From Xylographa opegraphella (lineage: Eukaryota), in NCBI GenBank assembly GCA_022813865.1, contig JALDZX010000088.1, positions 1 to 56,760 of the forward strand: a stretch of DNA of 56,760 bases, given 5' to 3'. A model generated the notes under the pieces. That model saw only the letters and a program-made list of their open reading frames with translations. It was not told the origin of the DNA and ran no database searches. Positions 11,618 to 22,651 of this stretch are shown here, piece by piece. Both the position numbers and the translations under genes were made by a program. Numbering within the stretch: position 1 is the first letter of the stretch; each line of letters begins with the position of its first letter.

Positions 11618-13091
11618 ACAAGGAAACATGGCTAGGACCCGTTCGACGGTATCTGTGTCCTTGGGAATACATTTTTACCGGTCTTGTCAGCACAGAGATT
11701 TGTTCGTTCGCTTCTTGTTTACATATCCTCTCTCTCTTCTTATAAGTCCCCGGCACATGGTAAGGTGTATCAGTCTGATAGGGTACATGGACGAATGACA
11801 CGCAGTTGGTCTATGTGCTCCAGAGCTTTTGGTTTCTCGGTACTGTCTCGCCCATGGCGTTACCCGCTACAGAGTGGTCCACTTGTGTTCACGTCTCTTT
11901 ACAATAAGGCGTTGTTGATGGTTGTAGCATTGAATGGCGTCAGGGAGAAGATCAGGCTTGAACGGAATAATTTAGGGATGTTCTGTATCGTCAGACCGCA
12001 CATATTATTCGTGCGTTGGCATTCCACTAAGCAACCCCCCGTCTCGGGTTCTCATGGCGGTGATCCTTACAGGGTGCTGAGATGGACAAAACGCAGGGAG
12101 GATCGTAAGAGAGGTAGAGACGTGTCTGGGAAACCCCAAAGCAACGCTATTCGCTCGGCTGCGAGCCCTCATGCACGGCCTGGAAGCTACGGGTCGGGAA
12201 TACTCCAGTGCAACCTCAACCTGACATGATACTGACAAGTTCCCATCGGCCACTTGTGCATCGGCAGCTGGTGCTTGTACCGTGCCTTTGGGTGCTCGTA
12301 GCCCTCAAAGAATTCAGTGTTTCAATGGCCCGGTCGAAGGTCTAAAGTCAATGGTTTGTGCAACTGATGAATATGCCTAAACTATTATTGGTAGGGTTGT
12401 GAAGGTCAGGACTCAGAGACAAAGGAGTGCTGGCGGTCGGCCGAAGGTCCCAAAAACTACCTTAGCTACAGGCTATCTGACTGCAGACGTTGCAGGAGAC
12501 ATTGGCTGCCCATATTTAAGCATACGGTAACTTACTTGCCTATATTTCCCCGTTGCTGGGTTTAGTAAATTCCTATACCTAATACAATAGATAGTCTAAT
12601 GCGATTATGGTGGTAATGGATGTTGTGAGCGTGTTCGCAGAGATCTGCACTACATAGGCACGGTGTTGTGGCCAAACATATTGGATTCTTAGGGACCTAC
12701 CTTAGGTGGTACCTTACTGAGGGAACTGTTACACCCAAAACGACACCCCTTGTGTCTGGGGAGCCGGGCTAAGGCGTGCTCGATATTGACCGCAAGTGTT
12801 CTGTTCTGTCCATTGACTCGTGGATCATGCTTCAAATTCTACACTTTGACTGTACCGATCTATCCGACGTCTTTTGACCACCACGAGCCCTGATCATTTT
12901 CGATCATGCAGGCCTCTTCGGACAATTGCTTTTCTCAATTATACATACCTCCGATATCCAAAGTACACGCCAACAAATTTTGCAGGCTCCCTCTATCGGG
13001 TCTCGGCAGCATACACGCTTTCTGATCCATTATCCCCGTACGCGAAACCTTTTTTCAAAGGGCAAAACCACACAACTCAACCCATATTGCT

Positions 13092-16000
13092 CTATACTTC
13101 AACACCGGCCCCATCCTCGTAGCTGTCGCCCCCAACGCCCTCATCCATTGCTTCTGCCCCGAGCCCCTCTCGCCCAGTCTCGTCCTTTTTACCAATGCCC
13201 GCTACCATCCGTCTTTCCCACCCGTCCTCGCCTTTCACAAACTCCATTGTTGGAAAGTAGTGCTCATTTTTCTTCATGGTCGCTACCCATGGCACGTTAT
13301 CGAAGGTCACCACCCTCAGTCTGAAGTAAGTGTTATCCGGTATCTTGCTTACCTCCTCTAGGAAGGCATCGAGAGTGGGTGTAGGGATGCTGTTTACTGC
13401 CGTAATAAAATTTGTCGGTGCGAGGCCATACTGATAACTCGGCGAGCCTCGCGTGCGTGCGGAGACGTACACATCGGAGTGTAGCTTGGAGATCTGCTGA
13501 CGGACGGCGTGATGCGGACGATGGAGGACCGCTCCACAGAAGATGAGTGCATGAGTCGTGTGTAGATCAGTGGTTGGAATGGTCGGTACATTAAGACGCA
13601 TCTCCTGTCCGGACCGGACGATGAGGGCGTCGAGTGATTTGGACGTATACATGATGTCGAGTTCAGCAACACGAGTAATGAGCTGGCCATTGAGCGTCAA
13701 CAGGATATCACCTTCCTGTAGTGACTGGCTGTCATAGCCAGTAGGAGGCGCGCAATCAATCTTGCGGACCATGAATAGCTGGTGCCGGGCGGGATTAGCG
13801 GCTGCGACGGCTTGAATCCACTTCTCGGAAACACCCATGATGCGGACTTGTGACATTTGAACGGTGTTGGTTTCAATATTGAGGATACGCAGCTCCGGAA
13901 CGATACCTTGCCGCACTTGAGCAACAATCGGGAGGAGTGTAGGAGTGGCAAGCCCGAGGTGATACTCGACATCTTTGTTGGAATGGGGTGAGCGCTCGCC
14001 CAGGTAGCTCATCCAGAGAGCTTCGACAGTACCATCTTCGGCGACAAGAACACCGTTGCCACATTGGCCACTGAGGCCAGTGTCAACGGTGATGGCATCA
14101 AGATTGATGGCACGGTAGCGAGGGGCCGAGGTGTTGGATGGAATCGCGACGGTTGTTATATCCGTGACCGTTGTCTTGGCCACGACGACGCGGAGATTTT
14201 GATTGAAGCCAAGGAAGATGGTGGAAGCGCCTTGTTTGATGGTTGATGTAGCAAGCTTAGCGGTCTGCACCGAAGCGAGGACAAGCGAGGGATCATACTG
14301 TATTATTGCGTAATTGGCTAATGGGTGGAGGAAGATGACTTTGGCGTCAACAATAAGAGAGTCGGCAATAGTGACAGATAAATCACAGAGGTCATAAGGC
14401 ACAATAGCACGGGAGACAATAACCAAACCCTTCTCTGCATCAACAACGAGACCGAAGCCGATTTTGCGGGCCCGAGGGAAGCCGTCTAATTTCACAGGCA
14501 TTGTACATGATATTCGCACAAAGCTACGAGTGACATCGGACGCGGCTGGGTGGGAGGTGGTCTCCAAACGTGCAAATTCCGCCGTTCGTGGAACCGGTGG
14601 AAGTGCAGGAAGGGGATCGGCGATGTTACTGAAGTCCCAAAGTCCGGTTTTGTCGTTCCGTATGGCCATGCGCATCTTGCTTGTCCAATGGCGGTCGATA
14701 TATAGAATGCTCGTGTTAACAGTATGCAGGTCTCTAAGATGCTTGTAAGTAACCACGACCCGTGCTCTATCCGGAATACCTTAACAGTGTCAGCTGAGCG
14801 TCCCCATCCAACTACTGATTCTTTACCTTTCATGACTGCAATAAATGCAGCTAAGTCTGATGTCTTTTTCTGGTCAATCGACTCAATAAGCCAACCAGAC
14901 TCGGTGTTCTCAAACCTGAAAGAACCAGCAGCCTCGCATACGTAGACTCCCTTAACGGGAATGGCATATAAACGTGCTTGCTGGTAAGAGAGGTCGTGGA
15001 AGGAGCCTCCAGCGACAGTCACAAATCGATCCGGTGTAATAGCGTGTAGATTGCCAACATTCAGATCGACTTCCACATCTTCACCGCCTCGCTGGACCAA
15101 GATTTTGATGTTATGACCCACAGAAGAGTCCAGAATGTCGTCCAATCGTATGAATTGTGTAAGAAGCTCTCCATTAACCTTGATTAGAACATCTCCTTCT
15201 TCAATCTGATGATCAGCGGGCCCCTCAGGCAAAACGATCTCAGCAACCAGCATTCCGGTTTCCTTCGGAAAGTTCTTTCTTATCGCCGCCTCCCACTCCG
15301 GTGTAAGACCCAGTCTTCGACATTCGTCGAAAGGCTTTATCATCCACTGTGTTTGGATGGTACCGCGAGTTACGGGCTGACTCCGTCTTATGCACTCCAA
15401 AGCTCGCAGTGGCCGGTCCAGTGGCAGAAAGTAGTCGGTAGCAGCACCATCGGCTCGGCCGCCAGCTTGAAGCGCTATAGCAAAACCATCTACGTTGACA
15501 ACCGGACTGCCTGAGCTTCCGCCGCTTGCAGCAGCTGCCGCTTGTATATAGTTCGTATTGAAGTCTGAGTATCCTTCTCCATACTCTGGAGCATTCCTAT
15601 CGAGCCTACTGATAACACCTGATAATATACTGAGCTTCTCTCCTGCATCATTTCCCACTACGCGGATTTCAACTCCTACGCGGGCGAGATCAGGGCGTAA
15701 CGTGAGTGCAGTGAGGGGCATGTACTTGATGATTTTGGGGTTGAACCGAAGGATACCGAAATCGTGGACGGGATCGCGGTAGACGGGGTAAACGTCACAC
15801 TAGAAGCGATTAGCATTAACACTGTATAAACACTGCTGATACCAGAATCTACCTCCTCATGATTATCAAAGATACAGTAGCCCCAAAATGGGCCCGCGCA
15901 GACCACATGTCTGTTTGTTAGAATATAGCCTTTCTGGGCATCAACAACGAAGCCAGTTGCTTCGCTAGAAGTTGCAGCATCCGTATCGAAGGAGCATGTC

Positions 16001-16263
16001 TGACTGAAGTGGATGGACACTACATTCCGTACAACTCTTTCGATTGTAGCTTGCCACTCTGGTGAATCTGTGGTGGCAGCTACAAGGGGGAGACTTGGTG
16101 AAGCTTCCCCATCACTGCCAGGGCTATACAATGCACCGTTATTCGGACTCTCATCGCCGTCGACAGAAGAGGATATATGAGGTTTGAGCTGCTTTGTCGG
16201 GCGTTCCAGCTCCGTAACAGGACTGCTCTTGCGCTTGTTGCGCGTTTCCCCTTTGCGCTCCAT
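13092..16263 (-). CDS. NMA111: HtrA-like PDZ serine protease Nma111 (Ynm3); complement(join(13092..14779,14827..15799,15853..16263)), 1023 aa
   Basis: Motifs [17 protein letters not shown] (catalytic His), RDPVHDFG (Asp) and [10 protein letters not shown] (Ser). PDZ repeats and a second protease-like domain follow. Basic NLS-like RNKRK at the N-terminus. Confidence 0.95.
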
Positions 16264-16828
16264 GGCGTGGGAGATTGCTGTGGTAAGAAACCTATGTGAC
16301 TTGAAATGTGCGGAAGAGATAAGTGGACACGATTTTCGGATTCCACGGAAGCACTGTAGGGTGCGTGTTGTAGAATTGCAGCGCGAGCTTGGATAGATAG
16401 AAATCTGAAGCCTTGCCGTTTGGGCAAAGGGAGACAAAGAAAGGAAGGTTGCGAGGGGTTTTGAGCTGGAATTCCATATGCCCTTGACGCACAAAATACT
16501 ATGCATCCAGCACACTAAAGAATGTATCACACACAGCCGACGGGAGTCATCCCGAAAAGAGCAGATGTTGATCAGTCGGAGCCTCAGAAAATCGGTTGAG
16601 CTTCCTCGAATTCATCAGAGTACACTAGTAGAAATTACGCTAGGAGAGGCTGGCCTGAGTACCTTGAGGTACGGAAGGAACATTCCCTCCCGGCTGAACA
16701 CTATGAACCTCATCCCACCGAGCCGCCGAGAGCAGCAGGATTGAGCGGTGGGACAGACAGTAAGGCGCAAAGAAGTTCCCGATCAGCGCCCAGTAACCTC
16801 TCGGAAGGCTCATGCCCGAATCGCGTTA

Positions 16829-17348
16829 TCAATTATCTTCCACAAAATCGTCCTCTGAGTCCTCACGGTCCTCCTTGTCGACAGTGGTCTCATCCTCCAT
16901 TTCGCGTTTGACTCTTTTGAGACTGCCACTGTTCTGGTCCTCCAGCAGGTTTTTTCCCTCCTTGAGATCTTCTGGCTCACATGCACTGCGCTTTCGTTTT
17001 GTCCCAAGGGTAGCCTTAGTGACTCCCTTTGCTGCAGCTTTCGGTTTGGCTTTGGGTCCGCTTTTGTTTTGTCTGGTGGCAGTAACTAGGGTCGTGTTGG
17101 TGCCATCACCCTCAGCTAATCCAACCTGTTTTCTAGTGACATCCAGCATACACTTAACCGCTTTTACTGAACGTCCTGGTGGAATATAGACCTCGGTCCA
17201 TTTTGTCGGGCCACTGTGATCAATGATTGAGAATAGCACTTGGAGCTACAGAGGGCATCATTAGCAGTGCTGCTCTAAAGTTATCGTCGCCATTTACCTT
17301 CTCGAAGTCAGTCCACTTAGTCATGCTGGAGACCTTGTCTTTCGTCAT
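16829..17348 (-). CDS. Small hypothetical protein (155 aa) with Myb/HTH-like N-terminus, Lys-rich middle and acidic tail; complement(join(16829..17245,17298..17348))
   Basis: Exon 1 MTKDKVSSMTKWTDFEK joins via intron GTAAAT..GCTAAT..TAG in frame to LQVLFSIIDHSGPTKWTEVYIPPGRSVKAVKCML. NLS-like KRKR. Confidence 0.7.
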
Positions 17349-18442
17349 GGTGTCTGTTGGGCCATCAGCTATCGCCGATGTGTATTGCTAGACATCTGTA
17401 CTTGTGACTCAGCTAGGTTGAAGTTTCCTAGAAACTATATGTAGAAAGAGCTGAGAGCAGATCTAGGACGTGTTGATTGGTGATTTTCGGACCCCCTTAG
17501 TATTTCTGATGAACAGTCATGCTTGTTGATGTTGACTCTAAAGTGAGCTGAGCAATTTTGAAAAGAGATTGAATTCACAATAAATTGATGATTTGTGGTT
17601 CGTGAGTTGAGAGGACTTCAGACCCAAAGTCGCAGAGTTTGGTAATCAATATCGTATTTAAAGTGGATGTCCTAGCGTTGGTGCCTTTAAGGAAACAGTG
17701 ATGACTTGTCGCTAATGCATCTAACAGAATGGCCAGAGCGCAAGTTTGGTATTGGGGATAAGGTTAGCTTCCAAATGTTGGTTAAATTAGAAAAACGTGC
17801 CAGGTGCTGTGCAAATGTTTATACACTATGGGGATCGATCAGGTGTTGTTCGAAATAGACACATTCTGTGAGAGCCAGCTGGTACATGTCAACAACCTGT
17901 TGCTGGTCATAGCTTAAGCTCAACCAGCACACCGAGAATTATTTCAATACTCCAGGAGAACGACTCAATGACTTATCAAGTCCATCTCAAGTACATATCC
18001 ATACAGTCTCCCGCTCTAGATAGAAAATGCAAGAAGTTTCCACAAAATACTCGAACGGAGCTTGCTCCATAGCAGCTAGTAAACGACGATCCTGCTTGTT
18101 GAACGGCATCGTTAGCATGGCAAACCGGAGTTTGGATGGTGAGATTCATGAACTTCCAGCCGAGAGGAGTACATGGACACAAAATCCCTTTATGGAAGGC
18201 ATCTCTCGTTCACGAGCCTCAATATATAATGGTGAACAAGCACGTCCAGTCGCCAAAGCATGTCTTCTCGATCTCTCCTTTTTGTTGACTTTACGAGTAT
18301 CTCTTCTGGAATGACGTCTACCAGTTTCACACCGTCATAAACCTCCGCCGAGGTGGTCAGCTTTTTGAATGAATGAAAGACATGGACTTAAGGTTCTTTG
18401 ACGTCTTGAAAGGCACTTATCACGGAGCTCTCACTGTGGATT

Positions 18443-18846
18443 TTGCGTGCTTTTCATTCAGATGAGATGGGTTTATTCGCAACGGGGAATGCTCCTACTG
18501 CTTGGGAAAACAAACCCCAACGGAAAAATCCTGAGGATACTCGCATACTTCATTCTCTTATCGATCAGATCCGTACTGTGCATGCAGCCGAAGTGGTTGG
18601 TAAACATCAGGACATTGTGTACTTTCCACCAGTAAACTCCTACGAACTGTCATAGTGCATTTGTCCTCTCGGGGACAAGCAGGAGTATACGTGGGTATGA
18701 TTCTCGAAGCGCAAGATCTCTGTGCTGGCGTAGGTGCTGCAGTGCAAATGCTCCTCCTAGACGGCCTCAAGCTCCAATTTGAATGTGGCGGCTTGACGGA
18801 CCAAGAGCTCCTAGCATTAGGAGAGGCTTTCAAATCAACCTGGTAA
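18443..18846 (+). pseudogene. Possible exons of an orphan or decayed gene
   Basis: ORFs 18443..18655 and 18655..18846 join in frame if GTAAAC..ATAG (18600..18655) is removed. A further intron-like segment follows (GTAATT..CTAAC..TTTCAG) but leads straight to TGA. No clear start and no recognisable family. Confidence 0.3.
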
Positions 18847-19135
18847 TTATGTCCACTTGATTGCTTGATCAAACTTCGTTCTAACAGATGATTCTCTTTT
18901 TCAGATCCTGCTCTGATTCACAAACACTACCGCCCTCGGCGTCCAGGATCTGGAATATTACCGATCTCCCATGATAGAATATCCTCATAAGAGCATAGCT
19001 CAAAGCGCCTCCTCGCTCTACCCATGCCTTTAGATACCTTATACAAGCCCTCTATATTTTCCAAGAATGGAATTTTCACTGGACCAGCAACGATGATTGA
19101 TCCTGTATATTTCATCTTGTGAAAACCAATACCAT

Positions 19136-20166
19136 TCACCGCTTCAGACCCGCAAATCTTTTCGCCAATTCATCCACATCCGGGATTTTCCCGCCCACCA
19201 GCCCTTTGCTCCCTACCGGCTCCTCCACCTTGCCGTCAGTCCTCGCGTCCGTCGCGGCCGTCTTCTTTAACCCTGTCATCCTCGCTCCCGGCTTCAGCTC
19301 CGGCGGCCTTGGAAGCCTGATCTTTGGATTCAGGTTGTCCGTACTTGGGCTCGGTGGAGCCACACTAACCGGCGAACGGGGCCCCAGATCCCGCGGCGGT
19401 GTTGCCTTGCTTAGCTCTTCTGTAGCCAGCGGAGCCTTCAACACCTTAACTGCCAGCCCCTCCCCCGGCTCATCACTATCATCCTCCTCTTCTTCCCTTA
19501 CCTGCTCCCTCTTCGGCCACGCCACGCCATATGTTCGCGCAATCTCTTCCAAATACGCCTGCACAAGCGCCGTCTCCGGCGGATCGACCCTCAATTTCCT
19601 AACCACTCTCTCCGCGACCTTGCCATCGCTGTTCTCCACTGCGGTGAGGGCGAACTCCTTGCCGTACTTCTCGACTAGCAGCTGGCGAACCGTCTGGAGC
19701 TCTTTGATGTCGGTGCGCGGCGCAGCGTAGATTATGCTCTTGACGGCTTCCTCGAGGCCTGGGTCGCACTCTTTGGCTTCAAGCAGCCCGGTGCGTGCGA
19801 GCAGTAGCTCGCAGTAAAGTTCAAGGATCTCAAGCAGCTCGGTAGTGATGTCACTGTGGATAATATTCTCGACGCGGATACGGGCTGATTCTTCTTTGCC
19901 TTGCTGGGAAGGGGAGAGGGGAGCGTTAGCAGGGGTGGTAGAGGATAAGCATGGGAAGGAGTGGGAGAAAAACTTCAAGAAGCTGGGCCATGGCGCGTCG
20001 TTGCTGTTTAGCGATTGCAGTATCTTTTTGCTGGACCATGCGGAGGCGGGAGACGGATAGCTTGAGCTGGACTTTTATTTTGGCCTGCTATAGGTATCAG
20101 AGGCCATTCTCGAAACGTGAAAGGGTCTTGTAGAGTATATACCACTACGGAGGATGACGGCGCCAT
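19136..20166 (-). CDS. IST1: ESCRT-III-associated Vps4 regulator Ist1 (DUF292); complement(join(19136..19903,19974..20084,20143..20166)), 300 aa
   Basis: Motifs KVQLKLSVSRLRMVQQK, SARIRVENII, LELYCELLLAR, EAVKSIIYAAPR and C-terminal MIM1 DELAKRFAGLKR. Confidence 0.92.
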
Positions 20167-20601
20167 TATGGAAGAGCCTGGACGGGAGGTTGCTCAATTT
20201 CCGGTTGGTGTAAAACAAATCGACATGGCTCTAATAATAAGTTATACGAATGTTCTTTTGACGTGGGGTGGAGGTGGGGTTTAGGATACGTGGGATAAGC
20301 TGGCGAGGCTGGCTCATAGGTTGGTAAGGTACCTCAGCCATATGGGTGGGAAGTACCTAAAATGCTTTAGACAAAACGACCTTAGGGACTCTAGTCGGTA
20401 TTGCCGCTAAAATTGGCCACTATTTCCGACGAACCTTGTCGCCCAAGCATTTCAAGCACTCTGCGGCTTTTTCCGTCACTCGCGAAAAGTGTTTCTCTGT
20501 GGCTTCCTATACAGGTAGCACAACAAGTTGCAGTTGACCCGCAATATCATTGTAAACACTCCACAAGTGTATGAAGCGGCCTTGCTCATAAATGACGCAT
20601 C

Positions 20602-22386
20602 TCACTTCAAGCTCTTTGCCAACGTCCAGAAGGTCTCCATCTTCGCCCTCGTTAGCGCCTCCTTCGCTGCAGAATCTGTCTCACACACCCGACTTCCCCA
20701 TTTCCTGAACGACCGTGCCTTTTCTTCCCCTTCCCAAATCAGTGCGCATTTGTTGAACCCCAGATCTTTTAACCCCCCTTTTTCGTCTTCCGCCTGCAGC
20801 CATTGCGCCATTGCTTCTTTATTACCTTCTCTGACACCATTTGGCGCACTGTTTTCGCTCCAATCAATGCGGTTGAGCATGAGCTTTTTGAAGAAGTTAA
20901 TGCTGTGCTGGCCTCCTTCAACGATAACGAGGTTGAATTTAGGATGCAGTATACAAATGCCGGTCAATGCATTTTGTTCCGCGTTCTTGGCGATCTTGAA
21001 GCGATGTCGTCCATTTGCAAGACTGTCGATTTTGTAAACGCTTGCATATATACCTCTCGCAGCATCACTAGCCTGCTTCTCGGCCAATTTTTCATTTCTC
21101 TGTTCTCTTGTCAGCTGCCGGTCTTCATTCATCTCCACATGTTTTTGTGCTCGCTCTGCTATCTCTCGATTAACGCGCGCTTCCACGGCTGTGGGATCTC
21201 GGACTGCTTCCTCGCCGAGTACACGCATGAGATTGCCTTTCTTGACTTTCGGCGGAGGAGCTGGTTCCAAGCCAAGTCGAACCTTCGCTTGCTGCTCTTT
21301 GAGATCCGCCATGCGCCGCTGGCGACGGAGTTTGGCTTGCTCGGTGTGGGTGAGGAACATAGGTTTTGGAGGAGGCATATTTTTCTCCTGCGGCGGTTCA
21401 AGAGCGACTGGGTGCTGAATGTACAGCGTAATGATGGAGTCCTCGGTATCTATCTTGAGTCCACTCGGTAAATCAATATAGGAATAGTCTTTCCCGTTGA
21501 CGAGACCTTCGTCCCACCACTCAATATCTGGAGGTGCTGGCACAAGGAATGCCTTTTCTGTATCCAGATCTTCGTCAATACCAGCTTTGCGAGACGATTC
21601 GGCGATGCGCCGTTTCATTGCCTCAAGAGCAGCCTGACGCCGTAGTGCTGTAGCTTGTTGTATATACTTGCCCTTCTGGTTGAATATAAGTTGACGAGCG
21701 GTACGAGCTTTCAGAGTTGCCGTTTTGGCACCAAGGCTTGGATCGAAATATGGATTGCTCCTGGTTTCTTCCGATGATGGTCCGGAGAGATCGAGCTGTT
21801 TTTTAACCTTACCAGGTTTGGATACAAGATTGGGAATTTCGGTGCGCTGATTCGCCATGGTGGTAGCAAATTTGGGCTGAATAGCTTGACGGCTTTTAGA
21901 TAGCTTTCCATCGTGGTTGTTATCCCCCAAAAGCGCCGGGTGTAGACCAACATCAAGACCACCTCTTGCTCGTGATAATCCGTCCTCGAATGCCGGAATC
22001 TGGTAGCCTGGCGTAACGGGTGAAGATGTCCGTTGTTGTGATTTCGAACTGCTCTTATTGGTCGCGGCAGCTACTCGTGCTTTGATCTCCGCAATCCTGG
22101 ACTGCACGTCGGTACTGGCCGCTGAGGTTGACGCTTGAGAAGGAGAATGCAAAGCCGAAGATATGCTGCTTGCCTCAGACTTTGTGCCCTGTAATTTGGC
22201 TGCTACTGCTGCTGCTCTTGCACGCGCCTCCGCCATGATCTTGGAGACATCTGGCTTAGTAAAGCCGGAATTGGAGTTCATTTGGGGCGCTGGCGAGCCA
22301 TTGTTGGAACGCGACCTTTTCTGATTATCTGGTGGACCATCTTCGGTATGAGGTCTCTTGAGACAGTTGGCAGCTGTCTCAGCCAT
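20602..22386 (-). CDS. PRP3: U4/U6 snRNP protein Prp3, 594 aa, intronless
   Basis: Motifs NPYFD, FNQKGKYI, PDIEWWD, YIQHP, KLRRQRR, PPPKVKKGNLMRVLG..DPTAVE, NAEQNALTG, VIVEGG, LMLNRIDW. Confidence 0.95.
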   Translation of the reverse strand: MAETAANCLKRPHTEDGPPDNQKRSRSNNGSPAPQMNSNSGFTKPDVSKIMAEARARAAAVAAKLQGTKSEASSISSALHSPSQASTSAASTDVQSRIAEIKARVAAATNKSSSKSQQRTSSPVTPGYQIPAFEDGLSRARGGLDVGLHPALLGDNNHDGKLSKSRQAIQPKFATTMANQRTEIPNLVSKPGKVKKQLDLSGPSSEETRSNPYFDPSLGAKTATLKARTARQLIFNQKGKYIQQATALRRQAALEAMKRRIAESSRKAGIDEDLDTEKAFLVPAPPDIEWWDEGLVNGKDYSYIDLPSGLKIDTEDSIITLYIQHPVALEPPQEKNMPPPKPMFLTHTEQAKLRRQRRMADLKEQQAKVRLGLEPAPPPKVKKGNLMRVLGEEAVRDPTAVEARVNREIAERAQKHVEMNEDRQLTREQRNEKLAEKQASDAARGIYASVYKIDSLANGRHRFKIAKNAEQNALTGICILHPKFNLVIVEGGQHSINFFKKLMLNRIDWSENSAPNGVREGNKEAMAQWLQAEDEKGGLKDLGFNKCALIWEGEEKARSFRKWGSRVCETDSAAKEALTRAKMETFWTLAKSLK

Positions 22387-22651
22387 TGCAAGGATGAGTG
22401 CTCAGCTTCGTTATCCTTCAGAGTACAAATATCGGTGCTGAAGTCCTGTATGTCAACTCCAAGATTGAAATTCACCGCCTTCGGAAGAACTTTTGGATTC
22501 TGCCGGTATCATGCTAAGGTACCACCCTCCCACCATATCGTAACTTTTGTTGTGGTTATGATCATAAGAATCAGTGGTAATTGCATTCCTACTCGTGAGT
22601 ATTTATGCCACGAGGTCACAGATCTGGGTGCGATGGAATGTGTAGATCAAA
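22387..22651. promoter_or_regulatory. Compact (265 bp) divergent promoter shared by PRP3 and RPA190
   Basis: Head-to-head start codons at 22386 (-) and 22652 (+). A TAAGGTA motif lies at the midpoint (22515-22521). Confidence 0.6.

Noticed and set aside
11684..12253. 181-aa and 82-aa ORFs between the DnaJ gene and NMA111
   Set aside because: No recognisable domain and non-coding-like composition. They overlap the probable DnaJ 3' UTR.
20085..20090. TAGCAG tandem acceptor in IST1 intron 1
   Set aside because: Either choice only adds or removes one Gln, which is common and probably neutral.
19119..21471. Long antisense ORFs opposite IST1 and PRP3 (also 43934-44554 opposite BIR1)
   Set aside because: Shadow ORFs of real coding strands with no independent motifs.
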